The notes below the pieces were generated by a model. The model made no database searches. It was not told where the DNA came from and saw nothing but the letters and a program-made list of their open reading frames with translations. DNA of 32,000 nucleotides from Candidatus Jordarchaeales archaeon (GTDB taxonomy: Archaea > Asgardarchaeota > Jordiarchaeia > Jordiarchaeales > Freyrarchaeaceae): assembly GCA_038889235.1 (NCBI GenBank), contig JAWAHN010000001.1:60001-92000 (forward strand), in the 5' to 3' direction. The position numbers were made by a program, and so were the translations under genes. This document shows positions 25,586 to 32,000 of the stretch, piece after piece; the stretch's first letter is position 1, and every line of letters begins with the position of its first letter.

Positions 25586-25630
25586 GGCGGTAATGCACCG
25601 CCAACCTTCCTTTCATTCTTTGGGGTTTCT
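25585..25630 (+). terminator. GC hairpin followed by pyrimidine/T-rich tract
   Basis: TGGCGGT-AATGC-ACCGCCA (25585-25603), then ccttcctttcattcttt. Confidence 0.5.
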
Positions 25631-25683
25631 TGGATTTCCGTCCTTTGTTGTTTGAGCGGATGCCCCCTTTTTGCGAGATTTGA

Positions 25684-26607
25684 TTGCACTGCATGTTTTT
25701 AGGTAAACGTTTTTTAACCTTCTTTGCCACTTTAGTTCCTTCGGTGGTCTCCTTGTTGGATGAGGAGAGGGAGAGGTTGATTAAGCAGGCTGCCAAGGAC
25801 ATAGTTAAGGCGAACAGAGTTGTCGCTTTAACTGGGGCGGGGATTTCTACTGAGAGCGGAATACCCGACTTTAGAGGGCCTAGCGGCTTGTGGAAGAAAT
25901 ATGACCCAGAGGAGTTCACTTTCTCTCGCTTCTTAAGCGATCCGGCCAGATTTTGGAGTGTTCAAATAAGCATAGCTATGGATGGGTTTTCCCTGTTTTC
26001 CGCTGAGCCTAATCCGGCCCACTACGCGCTTGCAAGATTAGAGGAGCTAGGCAAGCTTAACTGCATAATAACGCAGAACATTGACGGATTGCACCAGAAA
26101 GCTGGTAGTAAGAACGTGATAGAGTTTCATGGTAACGTTAGGGAGGCTGTTTGCATAAGGTGTAACAGCATTTTCCCGATAGAAAAGGCTGTCACGAAAG
26201 TCATGGAGGGTGAGTTGCCTCCGTGCTGTGACTACTGTGGAGGCGTTTTGAAGCCGAATGCTGTCCTTTTCGGTGAGCCAATACCCAGGGATGCGCTTTT
26301 GAGGGCTGAAGAGGAGGCGATGCTCTGCGACCTAATGCTGGTGATAGGCACTTCAGCTGTAGTGTACCCCGCAGCCGACCTACCGCGGATAGCTAAGGAG
26401 AAGACGGGGTATGGGTGGAGCATTATGGGCTACCGACCCCAGGTGCTGGGTAAGTATGGAGCGAAGGTGATAGAAATAAACGGGGAGCCCACCCCTCTCA
26501 CTGGGGTGATATCAGACTATATAATAGAGGGAAGGATAGGGGAAATCCTTCCTCGGGTGGTTGAGGAAGTCGAGAGAATGTTGAAGAAGAAAGAGAAGAA
26601 GCCTTAG
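25684..26607 (+). CDS. cobB: NAD-dependent protein deacylase (Sir2 family)
   Basis: GAGISTESGIPDFRG, TQNIDGLH, HGN, CIRC...CDYC Zn site, KPNAVLFGE and IGTSAVVYPAA. The start is probably downstream of the ORF-track start. Confidence 0.95.
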   Translation: MHCMFLGKRFLTFFATLVPSVVSLLDEERERLIKQAAKDIVKANRVVALTGAGISTESGIPDFRGPSGLWKKYDPEEFTFSRFLSDPARFWSVQISIAMDGFSLFSAEPNPAHYALARLEELGKLNCIITQNIDGLHQKAGSKNVIEFHGNVREAVCIRCNSIFPIEKAVTKVMEGELPPCCDYCGGVLKPNAVLFGEPIPRDALLRAEEEAMLCDLMLVIGTSAVVYPAADLPRIAKEKTGYGWSIMGYRPQVLGKYGAKVIEINGEPTPLTGVISDYIIEGRIGEILPRVVEEVERMLKKKEKKP

Positions 26608-27013
26608 GACCTGCGTCGAGCGCAGTTCCCCCAAGCAGACTGTTAATGGTTGTAGCAGGTAGTCTCTGAACGATACTTTTTAATCTCGCGTTTTTGAGGA
26701 TTTTAAGTGGGATGAGGAGGTTGAGAGTCATGGGAGCTTTCGCGATGACCGGAAGTAGCCTCCGACTGCTTAAGCGCCATTGAAAACGTTCTTGTTCACT
26801 TTGTCGTGTGTGCAACCAGGTGGTGAAGATTTTTCCATGTGCTGCATTTCGAAAGCCGCTGTAGTTGTGAATTAGACGGGGCGCTACTTCTGACAGGTAA
26901 GTTTTCAGAGACACTGGTGGCTGGACGCTGAATGATGCTTCCGTGGGAGATTTTCTTAAATATGTTCTCAGCTAGTATTCTTTGAGGTTTCTGTGCGGTA
27001 AGGGGGACTGTGC

Positions 27014-29101
27014 TTGCCTATTTCGAAGGTGAGGAAGCGCGACGGTAGGATAGTTGACTTCGATGCTTCTAAGATTGCTGAAGCGATAAGGAAGGCCTTC
27101 GTGGCTGTTGGTAGGGAGGACGGTGACGCCGCCTGGAGGCTGGCTAGGCAGGTTGTTGAGAGACTTGAGAGAAAGTTTGTGGATAGTATTCCTGGGGTAG
27201 AGGACATTCAGGACGTGGTTGAGGACGTGCTCATAAAGAACGGGTTAACTGATGTGGCGAAGGCGTACATATTGTACAGGAACCAGCGGACTGAGCTCAG
27301 GGAGGCCAAGAGGTTTCTGGGCGTCTGGGATGACTTGAAACTATCTCTTAACGCTGTTAGGGTTTTGGAGAAAAGGTATCTTTTAAAGGACGAGAAAGGG
27401 CGCGTCATCGAAACTCCGTCTGAAATGTTCCAGAGGGTTGCTAGGAGCGTAGCGGTGGCGGACAAGAAGTATGGTGGAGACGTTGACGAGACTGCTAGGC
27501 GCTTCTATAGGGCGATGGTTAACTTGGAGTTCCTGCCTAATTCACCCACCCTTATGAACGCAGGGACCGACATTGGTCAGCTTTCAGCGTGCTTCGTCAT
27601 CCCCGTTGAGGACTCCATTGAGGGGATATTTGACGCGTTGAAATACATGGCTTTGATCCACAAGTCTGGGGGAGGAACAGGTTTCTCTTTCTCCCGCCTG
27701 AGACCTAAAGGGGATGTCGTAAAGTCGACTGGCGGGGTTGCCAGTGGACCTGTATCCTTTATGAGGATTTTCGACGTGGCAACGGAGGTTATAAAGCAGG
27801 GCGGGAGGAGGAGGGGGGCGAACATGGGGATCCTGAGGGTCGACCACCCCGATATAATGGAGTTCGTGACTGCTAAGAGCGAGGAGGGCGTGCTTTCGAA
27901 CTTCAACATTTCAGTTGGCGTGACTGACGAGTTCATGGAGAAAGTTGAGAGGGATGAGGAGTACGACTTGATTAATCCGAGGAACGGTGAGGTCGTGAGG
28001 ACTGTTAGGGCAAGGGATGTCTTCGAGCTCATAGTGGCGAATGCCTGGAAGACAGGCGACCCTGGACTCATTTTCCTGGATGAGATAAACAGGAAGAATC
28101 CGACGCCGAGCCTTGGAGTTATAGAGGCGACTAATCCCTGCGGGGAGGTGCCCTTGCTCCCGTACGAGTCGTGCAACTTAGGGTCTGTTAACCTTTCAAG
28201 GATGGTTTCTAAGGGGGACGTGGACTGGGAGCGTTTAAGTGAAACTGTTAGGCTCGGAGTCCACTTCCTGGATAACGTAATAGACGTCAACAACTACCCG
28301 CTTCCACAGATAGAGACTATGACGAAGGCTAACAGAAAAATCGGCTTAGGCGTTATGGGCTTCGCCGAGATGCTAATACAACTCGAAATACCCTACGACT
28401 CGAAGGAAGCACTTGAAATGGCCAGGAAGGTTATGAGGTTTATCTCTGAGGAGGCGAGAAGGAAGTCTGTAGAGCTCGGGGAGGAGAGGGGATCGTTCCC
28501 GAACTTCGAGAAAAGCGTGTGGGCTAAAAGTTACAGCAGCATGAGGAACGCGACGGTCACCTCTATTGCACCAACGGGGACCATAAGTATAATAGCTGGC
28601 ACTTCAAGTGGCATAGAGCCGCTGTTTGCCGTCGCCTTCGTTAGGAACGTTATAGGCACCAGGCTTATTGAGGTAAATCACTTGTTCGAGAAGATAGCTA
28701 GGGAGAGAGGGTTCTACAGCAGGGAGCTTATGCTCAGGATAGCTAAGGCTGGAACACTGCAGAACGTTGACGGAGTGCCGGACGACGTTAAAAGACTGTT
28801 CGTCACAGCGCTAGACGTAACGCCAGAGTGGCATGTGAGAATGCAGGCAGCGTTCCAGGAGTACGTGGACAACGCGGTTTCGAAGACAGTCAACCTACCC
28901 CACGAAGCGACGCTTGAAGACGTGAGAAAAATCTTCATACTAGCCTACAAGCTGAAGTGTAAGGGTATAACTGTTTACCGCTATGGCAGCAAGAGGGAGC
29001 AAGTACTCTACTTGGGCGTGGCGCCGGGCGAGGAAGAGGAGTACGTGGTGGCGGACTCAGAATATTCGGGCGGCTGCCCGGCATCAGTGTGCCCATTCTG
29101 A
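27014..29101 (+). CDS. nrdJ: Class II (adenosylcobalamin-dependent) ribonucleotide reductase with N-terminal ATP cone
   Basis: ATP cone (KVRKRDGRIVDFDASKI), NSPTLMNAG, LSACFV, TNPCGE, SCNLGS, IGLGVMG, APTGTIS, KGITVYRYGS and C-terminal CPASVC; no intein. Confidence 0.95.
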   Translation: MPISKVRKRDGRIVDFDASKIAEAIRKAFVAVGREDGDAAWRLARQVVERLERKFVDSIPGVEDIQDVVEDVLIKNGLTDVAKAYILYRNQRTELREAKRFLGVWDDLKLSLNAVRVLEKRYLLKDEKGRVIETPSEMFQRVARSVAVADKKYGGDVDETARRFYRAMVNLEFLPNSPTLMNAGTDIGQLSACFVIPVEDSIEGIFDALKYMALIHKSGGGTGFSFSRLRPKGDVVKSTGGVASGPVSFMRIFDVATEVIKQGGRRRGANMGILRVDHPDIMEFVTAKSEEGVLSNFNISVGVTDEFMEKVERDEEYDLINPRNGEVVRTVRARDVFELIVANAWKTGDPGLIFLDEINRKNPTPSLGVIEATNPCGEVPLLPYESCNLGSVNLSRMVSKGDVDWERLSETVRLGVHFLDNVIDVNNYPLPQIETMTKANRKIGLGVMGFAEMLIQLEIPYDSKEALEMARKVMRFISEEARRKSVELGEERGSFPNFEKSVWAKSYSSMRNATVTSIAPTGTISIIAGTSSGIEPLFAVAFVRNVIGTRLIEVNHLFEKIARERGFYSRELMLRIAKAGTLQNVDGVPDDVKRLFVTALDVTPEWHVRMQAAFQEYVDNAVSKTVNLPHEATLEDVRKIFILAYKLKCKGITVYRYGSKREQVLYLGVAPGEEEEYVVADSEYSGGCPASVCPF

Positions 29102-29112
29102 GGTGCAACATT

Positions 29113-29637
29113 TTGAGGCGGTGCTACGTCCACATTTACACTGGAAGCGGAGAGGGGAAAACGCTGACAGCTATGGGAGCGGCCATCAGAGCCATTGGGC
29201 ACGGGTTCAAAGTGATCATTGTGCAGTTCATGAAGGGGAGGAAGGATGTTGGAGAGTACATGTTCATGAAGCGTTTGAAGCCCGAGTGCGAAGTGTACCA
29301 GTTTGGACGGAAGGAGTTCATAGACCTCCACAACCCCCAACCCGTAGACTATGAACTTGCAAAAGCTGGTTTAGAGTTCGCCAGGAGAATTGTCAAGAGG
29401 AAGAAGCCCGATGTGCTAATACTGGATGAAATCAACCTAGCGGTTGCCATAGGACTGCTGAAGGCTGGAGAAGTCCTCCAGCTACTGGAGGAGGCGAAAA
29501 GCTGTATGCTCGTCATCTTAACTGGCAGAGGAGCCCCAAAAGAGCTCGTAGAAGCAGCAGATCTCGTGACGGAAATGCTTGAAGTGAAGCATCCACTAAA
29601 GTTGGGGATCGAAGCGAGAAAGGGGATAGACTACTAA
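29113..29637 (+). CDS. cobO: Cob(I)alamin/cob(I)yrinic acid a,c-diamide adenosyltransferase (CobA/CobO/BtuR type)
   Basis: VHIYTGSGEGKT, VQFMKG, LILDEI, VILTGR, ADLVTEM and GIDY. The TTG start at 29113 follows a GAGGTG RBS that overlaps the nrdJ stop. Confidence 0.93.
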   Translation: MRRCYVHIYTGSGEGKTLTAMGAAIRAIGHGFKVIIVQFMKGRKDVGEYMFMKRLKPECEVYQFGRKEFIDLHNPQPVDYELAKAGLEFARRIVKRKKPDVLILDEINLAVAIGLLKAGEVLQLLEEAKSCMLVILTGRGAPKELVEAADLVTEMLEVKHPLKLGIEARKGIDY

Positions 29638-30464
29638 GCTCAACTTAGAAGCGCCGCTTGGGCGACCAAGGGAGCACACATTTACAGGAACACCTTTTGT
29701 TGAAGGGAAATAGACGCGGTCCTGTCGGTTCGACCGGACGGGCTAGAAGCACCTAACCGTCTTCACAGATCTGCTCTGTGTAACTTGCCTGTTTATCTGC
29801 ACCAAGTTTTATATGAAGTTTCGCTTAATTTTTAAGTTTAAATTTTATTTAAAAAATTGTTGAAATATTACAATTTCTAATTATGATTGAATATCTAAGC
29901 TTTTTCCATTTTTAGAAAATCTTTTTCATTTATGAAAGGCATAGCGGTAATACCGGAGCATAAGAGATTGCCTTCAAAAATCGATGAAATAGAGGAAAAA
30001 GGAAGAGGAGCACCTCTAGTGTAGATGGAAGGAAGGGTTAATAGAGGAGCGGCGTCCGTGCTCGCATGCGGCTCTCTCTAGCATGGAGCCCCGTTTTTCT
30101 AATGCTCGAAGCCTCTTCTCAGGGGGGTTTCACGGTAACTGCGTGTTTCCCCCGGGGACGGCGCGTGTTGAAGGGAGCCCGTTTCTCTTTTCCGGGTTTG
30201 ACGTTGTGCGTTGGCCTGTTTCCCTGTCCTGGCGCGTAATATGCTAGTGTCATCTTGGTGGTATCTAGGTATTTTTGTGGGTGTTACGTTGTATACTCTG
30301 TTTTTGAGTACGGATTCTCGATGCACTCTCCGGAAGACCTCGTATCGTACTCGGTTTCTGCGTATGATGGCGTTTATTCGTGGGCAATCCCCATTCTTTC
30401 CTGTTTTTCATGCCGGTTAGCGATATATACTTGGATTCTGTGTTATGGTACTTGGTGTCTGGGT

Positions 30465-30806
30465 ATGGTCTGGATACGTGTGGTTAGGAGGCCTAGGCTG
30501 CTTGACCCGCGTCACTTTCTTCAGTATTGTTTTAGGACTGAGGAGCAGGTTCAGCAGGCTAGGAAGATTTTGAGGGAGATTGCGGCGAGAGGGGAGGTAC
30601 CTGATAGTGAGTGGAGGTGCTTCCTGATTTCGAGTCCAGGGCTTTACACTAAGGTTATGAAGGCTTTGAGGGAGTTGGGGTTGGTTGAGAAAAGGGAGAG
30701 GCGGTTTGTGCTTAGTAAGGAATTTTCCGCTAGTTTGAGGAGGCTTGCCGACTACTGGGAAGAGTTGTACGAGAGTGTAAAGCGTGGTGAAGTTGTCGAG
30801 TTTTAA
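30465..30806 (+). CDS. Small winged-helix DNA-binding protein (113 aa)
   Basis: From the ATG at 30465: MVWIRVVRRP...LYTKVMKALRELGLVEKRERRFVLSKEFS...W (recognition helix + wing). The longer ORF-track N-terminus from 30255 looks non-coding. Confidence 0.7.
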   Translation: MVWIRVVRRPRLLDPRHFLQYCFRTEEQVQQARKILREIAARGEVPDSEWRCFLISSPGLYTKVMKALRELGLVEKRERRFVLSKEFSASLRRLADYWEELYESVKRGEVVEF

Positions 30807-30807
30807 T

Positions 30808-30857
30808 TGCCTTCATTTGCCTTCAATATGTTACTTTTCTTGCCTTCGAGTGCCTTC
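30808..30857 (+). repeat. Four phased direct repeats of TGCCTTC
   Basis: Copies at 30808, 30818, 30841 and 30851 (spacing 10/23/10); a fifth copy at 29969. Confidence 0.8.
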
Positions 30858-30939
30858 GAAAAATAGAAAAAGTTTTTCATAAAGAGGAAATAGGTGAGAG
30901 TTGACTGAGAGTTTTTGGTTTAAAATGTAAACTGAGAGT

Positions 30940-31998
30940 TTATGTGAGACTGTCGAAGGACGCTAGGTCGTCCAGTACTTTGAGGTCGCGTGGTTTCCTC
31001 AGCGCGGCCGCTAGGATGAGAGCGCAGAGTGCTGAGGTGCACGCGAAAAGTAGCCGGTTGCTTTCCGGCTCTGCGGTCATGCCGTTTAAGTAGAAGAGCT
31101 GCAAAATGAAATAGAGGTGTTCCAGGGTGATGTCGGGCACTCCACCTGCATTATTTCCATTTGAGACCACGTTGTAGGTTATGGATGTCGTGGCGATGTT
31201 ATCCGCCATGTCAACTGCTGCTATGTTTAAGCTGTAAGTTCCTTCTTTCGACGGGGCGTTAAGGGACAGTGTCCAGACTTCGCCGTTTCTGTATGCATTA
31301 ACTCCGTTTACTCTAACGACGGTAACCCCCGTTTCGTCGACTGCTTCCACTATGACTTTTATAGGCTCCCCGGGTCTCGGCGTTGGGTTACTTATATATG
31401 CGATAGCTCTTGGAGGTGTTGCGTCAACGTATATGTTGACAGTTGCGAAACACTCTCCCCCGTTCCCTACAGCGCATATCTGAAGTGTATAGTTCCCCTG
31501 CGCTTGCGGAGCGACAATTACAGCCTCCCAGAGACTTACACTAACGTTGAGCATAGATGTACCGTTTATCGTTACGAGGCCCACTGTCCCATTAGTCTCA
31601 ACTGTAACCTTGATGCTGGCTCCCGGTTTAACTATTGACTTGTTGAGCGAAACGCGCGTTATAACAGGATTTTCGACTTTCGGAACAACTTCAACTTCTA
31701 ATGTTAGTGACGCAGGGGAATATGTCTCGCTTCCAAGGTACTCAATCGTTAAATTGTGCATTCCGGGGGCGGCAAGTTTGGGAACCACGAACAATAGCCT
31801 TTGCGTGTCTGAACCATTAGTTCTTCCAACCGCAACGAGCATGTCGTCAAAATACAGATATACAAGCTGATTTGGAATAGGGTTCTTAAGATTGTCTTTC
31901 AGGCAGAATGTTACACTGTACTGTGAGCCTACGAACACGCTTGTGGGATAAGAGATAACCTCAATCGACGCCCTCGAAATTATTTTGAGAACTACGGA
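30940..31998 (-). CDS. 5'-truncated cell-surface protein with tandem Ig-like domains and a C-terminal membrane anchor
   Basis: The frame is open to the window end (SVVLKIISRASIEVISYPTSVF...). T/V/N-rich beta repeats (KPGASIKVTV...APQAQGNYTLQI; RPGEPIKVIV...APSKEGTYSLNI), many NxS/T sequons, and a hydrophobic C-terminal helix followed by RKPR. Confidence 0.85.
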   Translation of the reverse strand, partial: SVVLKIISRASIEVISYPTSVFVGSQYSVTFCLKDNLKNPIPNQLVYLYFDDMLVAVGRTNGSDTQRLLFVVPKLAAPGMHNLTIEYLGSETYSPASLTLEVEVVPKVENPVITRVSLNKSIVKPGASIKVTVETNGTVGLVTINGTSMLNVSVSLWEAVIVAPQAQGNYTLQICAVGNGGECFATVNIYVDATPPRAIAYISNPTPRPGEPIKVIVEAVDETGVTVVRVNGVNAYRNGEVWTLSLNAPSKEGTYSLNIAAVDMADNIATTSITYNVVSNGNNAGGVPDITLEHLYFILQLFYLNGMTAEPESNRLLFACTSALCALILAAALRKPRDLKVLDDLASFDSLT

Positions 31999-32000
31999 TG

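Noticed and set aside
26730-26864. Second short ORF with an in-frame TGA and CxxCxxC (MGAFAMTGSSLRLLKRH*KRSCSLCRVC...) and a GAGGAGG RBS
   Set aside because: No recognisable fold, the TGA is not in a Cys-like motif, and no SECIS-like AUGA-N10-12-AA-GA stem follows.
29726-29736. GGTTCGA resembling a tRNA T-loop
   Set aside because: No acceptor, D or anticodon arms; spacing incompatible with a tRNA.
30099-30464. ORFs 30099-30326 (-), 30211-30420 (+) and the N-terminal extension from 30255
   Set aside because: Mutually overlapping, with atypical composition and no motifs; likely non-coding.
1080-31870. Numerous antisense and alternative-frame ORFs in the track (e.g. 13071-13595, 17603-18082, 27577-28293, 26498-26914, 31547-31870)
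   Set aside because: Shadow ORFs overlapping well-supported genes; Ser/Pro/Thr-rich composition typical of antisense frames.
1-32000. CRISPR arrays, IS/transposases, integrases, rRNA/tRNA, SRP/RNase P RNA, inteins
   Set aside because: No regularly spaced repeats, catalytic motifs or conserved RNA signatures found by inspection.

Overview
Archaeal chromosomal window of about 50% GC, with GGAGG/GAGGTG ribosome-binding sites and BRE/TATA-like promoters. It is most likely from an Asgard archaeon (inferred from a Roadblock-like protein, a longin-like giant helical protein and a eukaryote-type SECIS). It carries about 30 CDS, mostly metabolic or housekeeping: metallophosphoesterase, YjbQ, two MBL-fold hydrolases, Hsp20, corrinoid protein plus UroD/MtaA-superfamily protein, MFS transporter, ferredoxin, SpeE, radical SAM/SPASM, HAD phosphatase, SDR, ADP-forming acyl-CoA synthetase alpha subunit, Sir2, and class II ribonucleotide reductase plus cobalamin adenosyltransferase. 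Several lineage-specific unknowns are also present. The top finding is missed by the ORF track: a HesB/IscA-like gene (25197-25535) with an in-frame UGA at the conserved Cys position, followed 11 nt after the stop by a eukaryote-type SECIS (AUGA-N11-AAA-N16-GA), i.e. a hidden selenoprotein. Other notable items are a head-to-head pair of paralogous unknown multi-pass membrane proteins, a thioredoxin-V4R-V4R fusion, an HTH protein with a tandem duplicated unknown domain, and an AT-rich tract plus phased TGCCTTC repeats around a winged-helix gene. Both terminal genes run off the window edges. No rRNA, tRNA, CRISPR array or transposase was recognised.
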